A DNA stretch of 64,000 nucleotides from an uncultured Verrucomicrobiae bacterium (GTDB taxonomy: Bacteria > Verrucomicrobiota > Verrucomicrobiia > Limisphaerales > JAFGQR01), in NCBI GenBank assembly GCA_963788655.1, contig CAWBHS010000099.1:1-64000 (forward strand). The letters are read 5' to 3'. The notes beneath the pieces are model-generated. The model saw nothing but the letters and a program-made list of their open reading frames with translations. It was not told the origin of the DNA and searched no databases. The translations under genes were made by a program, and so were the position numbers. This document shows positions 10,771 to 22,316 of this stretch, in pieces; position 1 is the first letter of the stretch, and each line of letters begins with the position of its first letter.

Positions 10771-11538
10771 CTACACTTTGGCGGAGCGCAGATTCTGCCA
10801 AATCAGTCTCAACGTCAGCGCCAGCGCCACCGCAACAAAAACGGGGCGGACAAATTTGGCGCCCCGCTTGATCACCAGGCGCGCCCCCAAGCGTGCGCCC
10901 AACACCTGCCCCAGGCCCATGCTCAGTCCTGCGGCCAGATGCACTTGACCTGCCAGCGCAAAGCACAAGAGCGCCGCCGCATTGCTGGTGAAGTTCAATA
11001 ACTTCGTGTGCGCCGTCGCTTTGGTGAGATTGAATCCCAGTCCCAGCATGAACGCCATGGCCCAAAACGTGCCAGTGCCGGGGCCGAAGAACCCATCGTA
11101 GAAACCAAGCAGCAACCCAAACATGGGATAAAACCAATGCACGCTTAGCCGCGGATGAATGTCCGCCAGTCCGATCCTGGGTTGGCAGAGAACATAGAAC
11201 GCAATCGCCGCCAGCAACCAGGGAATCATGTGCTCCAGGAAATTGGCGTCAAGGTGCTGCACCGCGAGCGTTCCCGCCCCGGCACCGGCAAACGTGAACA
11301 GCACACCGATGAGTGCGCCACGGAACCCGATCAATCCGGCCCGTCCGTAGTGGAACGTCGCGCTGCCGGAGCCAAAGATCGCCTGAAGCTTGTTCGTGGC
11401 CAAGGCGTCGCGCGGCGTCAAGCCCAGGTTCAACAGCACAGGGATGCTGATCAGCCCGCCGCCGCCGGCAATCGAATCCACAAATCCCGCGCTGAGGCCG
11501 GTGAGAAACAGCAATGGATAGAGGTAAACCGAAATCAT
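10771..11538 (-). CDS. TauE/SafE (TSUP, YfcA-like) membrane transporter
   Basis: AGFVDSIAGGGGLISIP, ALATNKLQ, GFYDGFFGPGTG and multiple TM segments; likely start MISVYLYP at 11538. Confidence 0.9.
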   Translation of the reverse strand: MISVYLYPLLFLTGLSAGFVDSIAGGGGLISIPVLLNLGLTPRDALATNKLQAIFGSGSATFHYGRAGLIGFRGALIGVLFTFAGAGAGTLAVQHLDANFLEHMIPWLLAAIAFYVLCQPRIGLADIHPRLSVHWFYPMFGLLLGFYDGFFGPGTGTFWAMAFMLGLGFNLTKATAHTKLLNFTSNAAALLCFALAGQVHLAAGLSMGLGQVLGARLGARLVIKRGAKFVRPVFVAVALALTLRLIWQNLRSAKV

Positions 11539-11910
11539 GCCGGGCTCCAACCGAAAGTCGATACGGGTAGTTGCAAACAAGATCGCCGGCGATTCCGCGC
11601 CGAATCGCACGTTGCCGTTGCCCGAAACTGACAGGGATTGACCACCGGCCTGATGAGTTCGAAATTCAAAACCCGCACACCATCTCCAGACTCGTCCGGC
11701 AAAGCAAGTGTTCGTCAACGCAGGACAGCAAGTAAGCGCGAATGGCTTGGCAAACGAAAGGCTTGCCTGCCGCGACGGCCCGAGTAATTTCGGCGCATGA
11801 ATTGTCCCAACCGAATCGACTTCAACGAGCATCGTAATTTCACCTCGAGGGGTGCGCTGGACCCAGGTGGTGCCAATGTCTCGAACGGCGACCGCCTTCC
11901 AGCGTTGGTC

Positions 11911-12814
11911 ATGTGGTTGGCGAGGCGCCAACCACAGCGCCCGGGGCGGGCGCGCTCCTTGTTTGAGAAGGCGCCGGTGTGGCTTATTTTGTTTGCGCTT
12001 CTGGGCCTCAGCATTCTGTGCGGTCGCGCCGCGGAACCAGTTCCAAACGCCCACTCCGAATTGCGCGCCGGAAAAAACTTTGTTCCCACGCCCCGTCTAT
12101 TCCGCGGAGGACGATCAACGTCTCCGGGCGCTATTCAAGGGACTGCGCGTGGCGGACGTGAGCGACGGCATGGATGCCGTGGGCTTGCAGGACATCGGTC
12201 TGATGAATGCCCGCATTCGGCCGCTGTGGCGGGATACCGAGCATTACACGCACCGGTTTATTGGCATCGCGGTTACGGCGCGTTACATCCCCTCGCAGCA
12301 TCCGCCGGCAGGCAAAATGAGCGTCGAAGATTACGACCGATGGGCCGGCGAATGGTATCGCGACAAATCCAGTGAGCCGTTTGCCGCCCTGTTGCGCCCC
12401 GGCAGCGCGTTGGTGATCGAAGAAGCCGAAGACACCAACGTCGGCTCGATTGGCTCGAACAACATCATGAGTTGGAAAGTCAAAGGCTGCGTGGGCGTCG
12501 TCACCAGCGGCACCGCGCGGGACACGGACGAGATCATCACGGAAAAAATCCCGCTCTATTTCCATCAGCCGGGACGGGGCATCCGACCGGGACGAAACGA
12601 AATTGAATCCGTCAACCGCCCAGTGGTTTGCGGCGGGGTTACAGTGATGCCCGGTGACGTTATTGTTGCCGACGGCGACGGCGTGATGGTTGTGCCGCGG
12701 GCGCAAGCGGAAGCGGTTGCCGGTTACGCACAAAAGATTTTGACAGGTGATAAATCCGGCCGGCGCAATCTGTATCAAGAACTCGGCCTTCCTGCCGACG
12801 AATCGGTGAAATAA
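11911..12814 (+). CDS. RraA / HMG-aldolase family protein, probably with an N-terminal signal peptide (frameshift near 12090)
   Basis: VADVSDGMD, GIAVTARY, GVVTSGTARDTDEI and V.PGDVIVADGDGVMVVP in ORF 11852..12814; hydrophobic leader VWLILFALLGLSILCGRAAEP in the overlapping frame. Confidence 0.75.
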
Positions 12815-12849
12815 CCGCACCGATCACCCTCCAACTTGGAGACAACGAA

Positions 12850-13407
12850 ATGAACCGCGAACCAGCTTGGACCCTGCTGACTGAATTCACCACCTCGGAC
12901 TCACTGCTCAAACACGCCCTGGCCGTCGAAGCCGCCATGCGACATTACGCCGCTCATTTCGGAGCTGATCCGGAGTTGTGGGGCGTGGTGGGATTGATCC
13001 ACGACTTCGACTATGAGCGTTGGCAGAACCCGCCGGAACACACTCGCGAAGGCGCCCGCATCCTGCGCGAACGAGGCATCGACGAAGAAATCATTGGCGC
13101 CATCCTATCCCATGCCGAATGGAATCGGGAGGAGTATCCGCTGGATCGGCCGATTCGCAAAACCCTGGCGGCGGTGGATGAACTGTGCGGGTTCGTTACG
13201 GCGGTCGCCTACGTGCGGCCCGACCGCTTGAGCGGCATGACCGCCAGCAGCGTGCGTAAGAAGATGAAACAGAAATCGTTCGCCGCCGCTGTCAGCCGCG
13301 AAGACATTACCACCGGCGCCGAGTTGCTGGGCCTCTCCGTGGAGGATCACATCAAGCACGTCATTACGGCCATGCAAGGAATCGCCGAACCGCTGGGATT
13401 GGCATGA
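12850..13407 (+). CDS. HDIG domain metal-dependent phosphohydrolase
   Basis: LLKHALAVEAAM, GLIHDFDYE, AILSHA, AVDELCGF, KKMKQKSFAAAVSREDI; GGAGA RBS upstream. Confidence 0.9.
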   Translation: MNREPAWTLLTEFTTSDSLLKHALAVEAAMRHYAAHFGADPELWGVVGLIHDFDYERWQNPPEHTREGARILRERGIDEEIIGAILSHAEWNREEYPLDRPIRKTLAAVDELCGFVTAVAYVRPDRLSGMTASSVRKKMKQKSFAAAVSREDITTGAELLGLSVEDHIKHVITAMQGIAEPLGLA

Positions 13408-13465
13408 CCGGGAAGCAGCAATTGATTACTGGCTACCCCAAGTTGAGTTTCTCGATCGGGAGGGT

Positions 13466-14386
13466 GTGGTTGCGGCAATGACAACATCTCGGCGCTCCCT
13501 GCTTGTGTTGCTGGTCCTTCTCAGTGCTGCCATCAGCCTCGTGTCGGCTGGCGCGGAAGACTTGCCCTCCATCTTCACGCAGGATGTCACGCGGTTTACG
13601 CAATTGTTGTCCCGCCGCCTGCCGGAACTTCGGGTCGAAGGCATTCAAGGGCTGTCGCATTTGAAATACTGGCCCGCCGAAGAAGAGATCATCGAGCTGT
13701 TGCCTGATCCTTCACCGCCAGTCCATCGAGAAGTCGTGCTGGCGCTTGGTCGTTTGGGCACGGCGCGATCGGTGCCGCACTTGATTCGGATGCTGGACGA
13801 TCCTTCGTGGGAGATTCGCCATAATGCCTGGCTCGGTCTTTGCCGGCTGACGGCCCAACGTTTTTCGGCAACGGAGAAGTCAGCGTGGCAACAATGGTGG
13901 AATGCCGGCGCAGCCACGAATCACGAAGCAATTCTGCTGGCGGCCGTAACCAATGCCAACCCCGCGCTACCAAGGCATGACGCTTTGCATGCACTGAAGA
14001 CTTTTGCGTCGCCATCCAGCGAACCAACTCTGGCTCGCTTGCTGTGGCTTCCAAGCCTGACGGTCGAGGAACGGAACTGCTTGGCCGAAGCCTTGGAACG
14101 AGTTGGTTCCGCTAAAGCCATTCCCGCATTGGCCGGTCTGCACACCGATGCCGCCGCGTGGGCGCTGGGTCGGATTGGCGGTGCTGCCGCTGAGCAGGCC
14201 CTGCTGAAGTTCCCGAAATCCTTGGCGGTGCTCATTAACCTTGAACGACTGCCAGCCATCGATTGGCACCGCGGCGTAGGAAGTCTCTCTAGGTCACCAA
14301 CAGGGGAGGATGTGCTTGGCTATTCGAGACAGGCGAGACGCCTGTCCTACCACACCGAATCGCGTCATCGCTGCTCCAGCTATTGA
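13466..14386 (+). CDS. HEAT repeat protein with signal peptide, possibly 3'-truncated
   Basis: Helical repeats [37 protein letters not shown] and AAWALGRIG; the C-terminus runs into a REP-like hairpin. Confidence 0.55.
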   Translation: MVAAMTTSRRSLLVLLVLLSAAISLVSAGAEDLPSIFTQDVTRFTQLLSRRLPELRVEGIQGLSHLKYWPAEEEIIELLPDPSPPVHREVVLALGRLGTARSVPHLIRMLDDPSWEIRHNAWLGLCRLTAQRFSATEKSAWQQWWNAGAATNHEAILLAAVTNANPALPRHDALHALKTFASPSSEPTLARLLWLPSLTVEERNCLAEALERVGSAKAIPALAGLHTDAAAWALGRIGGAAAEQALLKFPKSLAVLINLERLPAIDWHRGVGSLSRSPTGEDVLGYSRQARRLSYHTESRHRCSSY

Positions 14387-14522
14387 ATGGATACGGCGCA
14401 GCGGCATCTCGGTAAAGCGCCCAAACTCCAGTATCCGCAAGACGGCGGCGCTCTACCGAGACGTCGCTACGGTTGACGGATTCAACTGGCGCGGCGAGCG
14501 GATATTTCCTACTTTCGCAATC

Positions 14523-15266
14523 ATGAAAATGGTGTTTGGTTTTCTTTGTCTGGGGCAGATGATTTTGACCGGCTGTGGCTGCGGAGCGTCGAAGGAAGCC
14601 AAGCGCCCGGAAAACCAGATGACTCGTTTCATGGCGGAGCGTAAACAAATGGTGGACGACCAAATCGCCGCCCCCGGTCGGGGAGTGACTAACCAGCGGG
14701 TGCTGCGCGCGATGGCTTCGGTGCCGCGGCACGAATTTGTGCCCGATTCCCAGCGCCAGTCAGCCTACTCGGATGGACCCTTGCCGATCGGCTACGGGCA
14801 AACCATTTCCCAGCCGTACGTGGTCGCGTTCATGACCGAGCAACTCGATCCCCAGCCCACCGATCGCGTCCTGGAAATTGGCACGGGCTCCGGCTACCAG
14901 GCAGCGGTCCTGGCGGAAGTGGTGCAGGAGGTCTATTCGCTCGAGATCATCCAACCGCTGGCAAAACGGGCACAAACCGACCTTCAACGTCTCGGTTACA
15001 CCAACGTCTTGGTCCGCGCCGGCGATGGATTCCAGGGCTGGCCGGAAAAAGCTCCGTTTGACGCCATCATTGTCACGTGCGCGCCGGAAGACATTCCCCA
15101 ACCGCTGGTGCAACAACTCAAAGAAGGCGGGCGCCTGATCATTCCCGTTGGCCCCACTGACGATCAAAGCCTTTACCTGCTCGAAAAGCAGGACGGTAAA
15201 ATCGAGCGCCAGGCGGTGTTACCCGTTCGCTTTGTGCCGATGACCGGCCAGGCGCTGGAGAAATGA
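14523..15266 (+). CDS. pcm: Protein-L-isoaspartate(D-aspartate) O-methyltransferase
   Basis: [62 protein letters not shown]. Confidence 0.93.
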   Translation: MKMVFGFLCLGQMILTGCGCGASKEAKRPENQMTRFMAERKQMVDDQIAAPGRGVTNQRVLRAMASVPRHEFVPDSQRQSAYSDGPLPIGYGQTISQPYVVAFMTEQLDPQPTDRVLEIGTGSGYQAAVLAEVVQEVYSLEIIQPLAKRAQTDLQRLGYTNVLVRAGDGFQGWPEKAPFDAIIVTCAPEDIPQPLVQQLKEGGRLIIPVGPTDDQSLYLLEKQDGKIERQAVLPVRFVPMTGQALEK

Positions 15267-15379
15267 GCGCCGAACAATATCCGGCCACGCCTGACCAATT
15301 CCCGGTTTGCGGGTCCTCCCTCGGTAGATAAAGTGTCTCCCGTTTCCGGTGGAATACATTCCTCCGCCGACCACAAATT

Positions 15380-15910
15380 ATGAATGTATTGGAAGCTATT
15401 TATGCGCGGCAATCGATCCGCGCTTATCAACCGCAGGCGATTGAACCGTCCAAGCTGGAAGCCGTGCTCAAGGCGGCCAACCAAGCCGCGTCGGCCGCCA
15501 ATTTGCAGGCCTACCAGATTTATGTGGTGCGCGACCAGACCGCCAAGGACGCGTTGGCCGTTGCGGCCGCGGGACAAAAATTCCTGGCTGCCGCCCCGGT
15601 GGTACTGGTGTTCGCCGCCGACCCGGCGCGTTCCTCGGCCAAGTTCGGCAAACGCGGCGAAGAGGTTTATGCAGTGCAAGACGCGTGTGCCGCCGTCTGT
15701 AATGCGATGCTAGCGGCGGTCGAATTGGGATTGGGCGCCTGTTGGGTGGATGCGGTGGACGAAGCCGCCGCCGGGCAAGCGATCAATATTCGAGCCGGAC
15801 AGCGCGCCGTGGTCATTTTGCCGATCGGTTACCCGGCGGAAAACCCTTCCCGCACGTCCCGTCGCGAACTGTCTGAGTTAGTGGTGGACGAGACTGTCGG
15901 TAATCGATGA
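15380..15910 (+). CDS. Nitroreductase family protein
   Basis: IYARQSIRAY, AASAANLQ, NAMLAAVELGLGACWV, LPIGYP. Confidence 0.88.
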   Translation: MNVLEAIYARQSIRAYQPQAIEPSKLEAVLKAANQAASAANLQAYQIYVVRDQTAKDALAVAAAGQKFLAAAPVVLVFAADPARSSAKFGKRGEEVYAVQDACAAVCNAMLAAVELGLGACWVDAVDEAAAGQAINIRAGQRAVVILPIGYPAENPSRTSRRELSELVVDETVGNR

Positions 15911-15965
15911 TTAGGTGCTGCCGGCACTGTCCGGTGAACGTGATCCGCCGGGATGGAGTTCCAGA

Positions 15966-16108
15966 GGGGAGCGCGCCCGCCTCGGCCGCTGTCAACGGCG
16001 CCTCGCCGTTGACCCGGATGCAGACGCCCCTCACCCACTCGAACGCCACGTTCCATTCGCGGTCGGCGCGAGGCGCACCGACCAACAGGCGAGGCGCCTG
16101 TGCTCCCC
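15966..16108. repeat. REP doublet family C (GTCAACGGCGCCTCGCCGTTGAC ... GGCGAGGCGCCTGTGCT)
   Basis: Nested hairpins; further copies at 28150-28270 and three in tandem at 34005-34460. Confidence 0.8.
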
Positions 16109-16308
16109 AACCAACCCAAAGGCATTTTTTGCCGGCGGGGACCGGTTGAACCGGTGAAGTTTCTCCGCCCGGCAGTAATTTGACTAGTTGATCCAAGTTC
16201 CCTTCTGCCCAACATCATCTCCGGTTAATGGTTTACTCGGTGGATTGTTGAAGAATTTACCGAATTCTCATGACCGGCTGTCCCTGCCCGAAACCTCCCG
16301 AATCCTGT

Positions 16309-16324
16309 TGGCACGCTTATTGAT
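16309..16324 (+). promoter_or_regulatory. Putative sigma54 (-24/-12) promoter
   Basis: TGGCACGCTTATTGAT matches TGGCAC-N5-TTGCW except for C-to-A at -12; it ends about 20 nt before the priming glycosyltransferase ATG. Confidence 0.45.
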
Positions 16325-16344
16325 AAACAGCCTGTCGCTGGTCT

Positions 16345-17856
16345 ATGAACGCTACCGCGACTACTGCTACAACTGCTGCCTCGGCGGCGGGAGCAAACGT
16401 ACGGGAATTATTTGCACCGTATCAACTTCCCCTGCCCCGGACACGCCTCGAGAAAGCGGATTTTCTCGTGTCCATCGCCTTTTTGGGCGATCTGGCGGCT
16501 GCCCTGGGGGGATTGGTGCTGGGTTATTGGATTCGTTTTCAATCCGGATGGATTACTTTCGGTGTGGAATCGCCGAACCGTCATTTCAGCGATTACGCGG
16601 GACTCATCTCCGTGGGGGCACTGTTCCTGGTGCTGACCTTTGGCTATCAGAAGCTTTACAATCATCGGCGGATGATGCCCTACCGCGAGGCGGCGCAGAT
16701 CATTTTCAAAGGCCTCACCTTTTGGGCGTTCGCGTTCCTGAGCATGACCTGGGTGTTGCAATTCACTCCCTCCTGTTCGCGCATTTACGTGGCGAGTTCC
16801 TACCTCGCCGGCCTGGGCACTCTGCTGCTCTGGCGCTGGGGTTATCACCGCTGGCTCCAAAGCAAACCGGTGGCCGACACCTTGCGCCAGCGGGTGCTCT
16901 TCATCGGGTGGACGCCGGAAGCCCAACGCATGAGCGAATTGATGGCCAAGGATTCCGGCCATCCGTACCAGGTGACCGGCTGGATCCCCGCTCCGCTGGG
17001 CCGGCGCGATCAGATCACCCCCATGCACATCCCCGAACTGGGCGATTGCTCGGACCTGCCCAATCTGCTCCGCCTCTATGAAGTTGAGGTGGTCATTCTG
17101 GCGGACCTGGGCTTGGCGTACGAAGAGATCGTGGGCTTGTCCAATCTCTGCGAAAAGGAACTCGTCCAATTCAAAATTATTCCCTCCTATTTCCAAATCC
17201 TGCTGTCCGGCTTGAAACTCGAACCCGTCAGCGGCGTGCCGGTTCTGGGCGTCTCCGAATTGCCACTGGACCGTCTGGTGAACCGCGTGCTCAAGCGCTG
17301 CATCGACGTAGCTGGAGCGCTCGTGGGATTACTTTTGACAGCACCAGCCATGGCCGTGTGCGCGGTCTTGATCTATTTGGAATCCCCCGGCCCAGTGCTG
17401 TACCGCCAGACGCGCACCGGACGCAACGGCAAGAATTTTACGCTGTTCAAACTCCGCAGTATGCGTCTGGACGCCGAATCCCAGACTGGCGCCCAGTGGG
17501 CCACCGGCAACGACGATCCGCGTTGCCTGCGCATTGGCAAATTACTGCGGAAGTGGAAACTCGACGAGTTCCCGCAGTTCTGGAACGTGCTCAAGGGCGA
17601 CATGAGCCTGGTCGGCCCGCGTCCGGAACGCCCTGAACTCATCTTCAAATTTCGCAACCAGGTTCCGCACTACAATGCGCGGCTGGCCTGCAAACCCGGC
17701 ATCACCGGCTGGGCGCAGGTCAACGGCACCGTGTGCAACACCAACCTGGAAGAACGCATTCGTTACGACCTGCACTACCTGGAAAATTGGAATCTGTGGT
17801 TTGATATTCAGACGATTTTCCAGACGGTTTTGGTCACCAAGTACAACTCCTATTAA
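16345..17856 (+). CDS. Polyprenyl glycosylphosphotransferase (WcaJ-like priming sugar transferase)
   Basis: N-terminal TM helices, KRCIDVAGAL, FKLRSMR, KLDEFPQFWNVLKGDMSLVGPRPERP, KPGITGWAQVNG, YDLHYLENW. Confidence 0.92.
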   Translation: MNATATTATTAASAAGANVRELFAPYQLPLPRTRLEKADFLVSIAFLGDLAAALGGLVLGYWIRFQSGWITFGVESPNRHFSDYAGLISVGALFLVLTFGYQKLYNHRRMMPYREAAQIIFKGLTFWAFAFLSMTWVLQFTPSCSRIYVASSYLAGLGTLLLWRWGYHRWLQSKPVADTLRQRVLFIGWTPEAQRMSELMAKDSGHPYQVTGWIPAPLGRRDQITPMHIPELGDCSDLPNLLRLYEVEVVILADLGLAYEEIVGLSNLCEKELVQFKIIPSYFQILLSGLKLEPVSGVPVLGVSELPLDRLVNRVLKRCIDVAGALVGLLLTAPAMAVCAVLIYLESPGPVLYRQTRTGRNGKNFTLFKLRSMRLDAESQTGAQWATGNDDPRCLRIGKLLRKWKLDEFPQFWNVLKGDMSLVGPRPERPELIFKFRNQVPHYNARLACKPGITGWAQVNGTVCNTNLEERIRYDLHYLENWNLWFDIQTIFQTVLVTKYNSY

Positions 17857-18144
17857 CAACTAATCGAGCGCTCCGGAATTTGATTGATGCCGAATGGATG
17901 GGGTGGAAACGAATCAAGCGCTCCGGTTCGTTTATGCCATATGGATGTGGATACGATCATGACGGCTTCGTAATTTAGGCGAGGCCGGGAGGAGCGCGTA
18001 TCCCAAGCGCGCTCGAATTCCCCAACGCTATCGAACGACGCCGATGCCGCCCGCGGTTCCGCGGCTGAAGTCACCGCGCCGCTGGCCAACAGCGTCAACG
18101 AACTCATTGCCACCCTCGAAGCGTTCAAAACCTGTCTGCCGGCC

Positions 18145-18636
18145 GTGCAACAGGGAGCGGAGACGCTGCTCAATGTTCTCAAGCGCGGCGGCAAGGTTCT
18201 CACGTGCGGGAATGGTGGCAGTGCGGCGGATGCGTTGCACCTGGCGGAAGAGTTGGTTGGTAAGTTTGATCAGCCTCGCCCTTCACTCCCGGCCGTTTGC
18301 CTGGTCGCGGATCCCACCTTGTTGACCTGCATTGGCAACGACTTTGGTTTCGACCGCGTTTTCTCGCGTCAAGTCGAGGGATTGGGCCGGCCCGGTGACG
18401 CACTGGTAACGTTCACCTCCAGCGGCAACTCGCAAAACCTAATCAATGCGCTTGAGTCCGCGCGGCGCCAGGGTTTGGCCACCATTGCCGTGCTGGGCAA
18501 AGGCGGCGGCCGGACAAAAGGCCTGGCCGACGTCGAGATCATCGTGCCCTCACCAACGACGGCCCGCGTGCAAGAAATCCACACGCTCATTCTCCATCTC
18601 TGGCTGGAACGGATCGATCCCGTATTTCTGGCATGA
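18145..18636 (+). CDS. gmhA: Phosphoheptose (sedoheptulose-7-phosphate) isomerase, SIS domain
   Basis: CGNGGSAADA.H.AEEL, GNDFGFDRVFSRQVEGLG, TSSGNS.N, ARVQEIH. The frame is open upstream to about 17974, so the true start is uncertain. Confidence 0.85.
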   Translation: MQQGAETLLNVLKRGGKVLTCGNGGSAADALHLAEELVGKFDQPRPSLPAVCLVADPTLLTCIGNDFGFDRVFSRQVEGLGRPGDALVTFTSSGNSQNLINALESARRQGLATIAVLGKGGGRTKGLADVEIIVPSPTTARVQEIHTLILHLWLERIDPVFLA

Positions 18637-19768
18637 AGGAAAAGCATTTCAACCATCGCCTGGAATCGCTGCGCGGGATTGCGGCCATGATGGTTGCCGG
18701 TGGCCATTGCTCTCCTCGTAGTTAACACCACCGGATGGCAAGCCCAACTGACGTCTGGATTGGGATGTCTTCTTAATGGTAAAGCTGCAGTGATGCTGTT
18801 CTTTGTGCTCAGCGGGTTCGTGTTGGGATTGGCAATTCGCCGGGCCGACCAGGAAGCGTTTGGTAAGGAGTTCGTGAAGTTTACCGATGCGGCGGATTTT
18901 GCGGATTTATCCCGCGTTTCTGGTGGTTACGCTCCTCACCATACTCTATTTCTATTTTCTTGTCATCCGATTGGAGTTACGCCGCATCTGCGTGGATTCA
19001 CCGATCATCATCCTGGTTCCATTACCCTGGCAAGTGTCATTCAAAATCTCCTGTTTCTGAGTCATTCGTTCAATGCGGTGACTTGGTCGCTAAAGACTGA
19101 GATTCTGGGTTCCCTGGCGCTGCCCTTCTTACATTTCCTCTCCAAGCGACTCCCGGATTAGGTAAAGCGGGTTTGTTGCTCGGGCTAATGATCTGGCTGT
19201 GCTACTGCGACCGTGCAATGCAAACTACCTTTTCATGTTTTACCTGGGCTACCTGCTGCCAGAATTCGGTCCCCACCTATGCGTGAGAGTGGCGCGTCAT
19301 TGTTGGGTGACGATCGGCTTTTTATGCCTCTGTCTTGCGGCTTGGTTGCTGGGCCGCCATCTCCCTGCCAAACTCATTTTCGAGGCCTTCGGCGCTGCGG
19401 GCCTGCTCGCCGCCGTTATGTATGGCCCGCCTTTCAAAGTCTATCGGCTATTGGACTCGACTGTCGTAAAGTTTTACGGACGAATTTCCTACAGCTTTTA
19501 TCTCTTACACATGAATGCGATGTTCGCGTTGGCGGCCCTGATGCTCGCGGGGATTCCGGCAACAATGGTGACGGCCAACCCGCTGCTCTCGAACTTCATC
19601 GTCTTCGTCAGCTCGATGGCCCTGGTCACTCCGTTGGCCTGGCTACTCCATCGCTACGTTGAAAAACCATTCATTGCCTGGTCCAAGAGCATTTGTTCGA
19701 ACTATATGCCTGCGAGATCCGCCGTGATTTCGTCGGCGGCTGCCCACCCAACCGCTGAAGCTGCATGA
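18633..19768 (+). CDS. Acyltransferase family 3 (OafA-like O-acyltransferase), frameshifted
   Basis: ATG at 18633 gives MKEKHFNHRLESLRGIAAMMV; later frames carry AVMLFFVLSGFVL, WSLKTE, GRISYSFYLLH and YVEKP. Confidence 0.85.
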
Positions 19769-21091
19769 CAACCCTTGCCCAAGTTTTCGGCTTTAGGCCC
19801 TCCGTGGAGAGGACCCGCGTCCTCAGCGAGGGCGCGTGGGCTGGCACCGGCCAGATCGCTGCCGCCTTGGGCACGTTGGTGGGGGTGCGTGCGCTGACCG
19901 AACTGATTCCTCCAAGCGTCTTTGGCTATGTGGCACTTACCACTGGACTTTCATTGCTGGGCTCGAACTTGTTTTGCGCGCCGTTGATACACGCAGCATT
20001 TCGTTTGTATGCCAAAGCAGCGCATGAACGAACCCGGCCGTTATTGCGGCATTCAATCGGCCGGATGCTGCTGAAGTCCACGTCGGCCTTGCTAATATTA
20101 CTACTCTTGGGTGGTGCCGTGTATGCCATGGTCGGAGGATGTTGCGTATTGGGTTATCATCTTACTGGCAGGTCTGCTGATTGTAGATACGAAGCGCGCC
20201 CTGGAGACGGCCTTCCTCGTGGCAGCCCGCCGTCAATGCCCTTACGCCCTCTGGCAGGCCTATGATGCCTGGGCTCGCCCCATCGGCGCCATAGTTGGCG
20301 TTTTGTGTTTAGGACCCAGCGCGGAAGCAGTCCTCCTGGGCTACCTGCTCGCCAGCTTGGGCGGGTTGGTCTGGTTTCGCCCGACGTTCATTCGCGAACA
20401 AAGCTTCACTGACACGGAAGAACCAGCCCTGTCCACCCTCGACGGCGAAATCCGCCGTTATGCGTTGCCGCTGGTGCCCTTGGCGATTGTTGGCTGGGTC
20501 AACTCGCTGGGCGACCGTTACATCATTGGCCATTTCATGGGCCTCGAATGGATGGGAATTTACGCGGCGGCGTATGGCTTGATCAGCCGCCCCTTTTTGA
20601 TGGTCGGACGCATTGCGGGGCAAACGCTGAAACCAATTTATTTCGACGCGTTTGAAGCCGGAAATCGGCAGCGCCAGCAACAGGTCTTCCGACTGTGGCT
20701 GGCCGTAACCGGCAGCATCAGCGTCCTAGGCGTGTTCATGATCTGGCTGTTGTCCAGGCAGGTCGCCTCCTTGCTGTTAGCAGAAAAGTTTCGCGCGGGG
20801 GTCATTTTGATACCATGGATCGCTACTGGTTATGCGTGTTACGTGATGGCTACGGTGTTTGAAGCGGTGCTCTACGCCCGCAAGCAAACGAAACAAATCC
20901 TGCTGCTCCAGTCGATGGTGGCGGCCTTCTCACTGGTTGCCGCCGTCATTGGCGTCAAGTGTTTCGGCATGACTGGAGCAGCGATGGCCTGCCCGGCTGC
21001 TTTCGGCGGATACTGGCTCCTGGCAATTGGTTTCGCCAGTAACAAGAAATCCAAGCCGCAAGCAACCCAGACAGGAGATCCAATAAGCTGA
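19765..21091 (+). CDS. Wzx-type polysaccharide flippase, frameshifted
   Basis: Multi-TM protein across ORFs 19765..20265 and 20111..21091; YALPLVP...DRYIIGHF..GIYAAAY pattern; ATGA overlap with the upstream gene. Confidence 0.8.
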
Positions 21092-21150
21092 TTTCAACAA
21101 TGGTATGCACGGGTTAACGACAGTCAGAATAAGCGCGGAGGTAACTTTCC

Positions 21151-22303
21151 ATGGATTGCACTGAACAGACGACTTCCACCCTTGACCGTAGCCCGACCTG
21201 GACTCGTCAGGCCGAGACATCACTGCAATCGTTCTCTGCCGCCACTTGCCCCCCACCGGTTGCCAGCCCAACCACCAGCTATTGTATTCTTTATTGCGGG
21301 CCATTAGCGAAAGGCAGCACCAGTCTGATGCGTTGCAACGTCTTGAAAGAGTTGGGGCACCAGGTGGCTCCGTTCGATTTCAGTGGTTACGAAGGCGGGG
21401 GATCGCATCTGTACTATAGACTGCGACTGCGATTCTATGCTGGTCCCTCCATTAATCGTCTCAACCGGTCCCTGTTGAAGGCGGTCCAGGAAACCAAGCC
21501 CGACATTGTGTGGGTGGATAAAGGACGATTTATTCGGCCACAAACGTTACAAACCATCAAAGATACGACCGGCAGCTTCTTGGTGAACTATAACAATGAT
21601 GATCCGTTTGGCAACGTTCGCATCGGCTGGAGGCTGTTCCGGCAAGCGATCCCCATCTACAGTTTGATCTGTACCCCGCGGAATTGCAGTGTGGACGAAT
21701 ACAAAGCTCACGGCGCCCGCGCTGTCCTTCGCTACGGGTGGGGATTTTCGCCCATGTTCACTATCCGCGAACGGTAACGAACGCAAATCGGGAACGCCTC
21801 GGCGGCCCGATCGGATTCATTGGTGATTATGAATCCGACCGAGCCGCATCCATTCGGTATCTGGCCGACCACGGCTTGCCGGTGCGCGTGTGGGGCCCGC
21901 GCTGGCGCGCGAACTGCCGGCCCCATAGCTGCGTCACACTGGAAGACCGCCCGCTGTGGAACAGCGATTACGCCGAGGCCATCGGCAATTTTGATATTTC
22001 TTTGGGCTTCTTGCGGAAGGCCAACCGGGACCTTTCCAATTCGCGGAGCACCGAGGTGCCGGCATGCGGCGGGTTCCTGCTGGCTGAGCGAACCGAGGAG
22101 CATTTGGCCTTATTCGCTGAAGGTCAGGAGGCCGAATTCTTCGAAACCAATGAAGAACTATTGGCAAAAGCGCGGTATATTTGGCGCATCCCACCGAGCG
22201 TGCGCGTGTGGCCAAGGCTGGCCGCCAACGCTGCCTGACCGGTGGTTACGGTTATCCCCACCGATTAGCCAAAATATTGCGCAAGATAGCCGAACTCAGG
22301 TAA
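21151..22303 (+). CDS. Glycosyltransferase (CgeB/YkvP-like), frameshifted
   Basis: PDIVWVDKG, NYNNDDPF, then IGFIGDYE.DR, VRVWGPRW, RS.EVPACGGFLLAERT.EH in ORFs 21151..21777 and 21684..22238; tail in a third frame ending at TAA 22303. Confidence 0.75.
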
Positions 22304-22316
22304 ATCCAAAGTGCCG

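Noticed and set aside
11650..11664. CTGATGA...GAAA resembling a hammerhead ribozyme core
   Set aside because: Only 4 nt (GTTC) lie between the motifs, too short for stem II, and no convincing stems I/III were found.
11539..12054. N-terminal 170-aa extension of the TauE ORF
   Set aside because: Overlaps the divergent RraA-like gene and has no family signal; a 255-aa TSUP starting at 11538 fits better.
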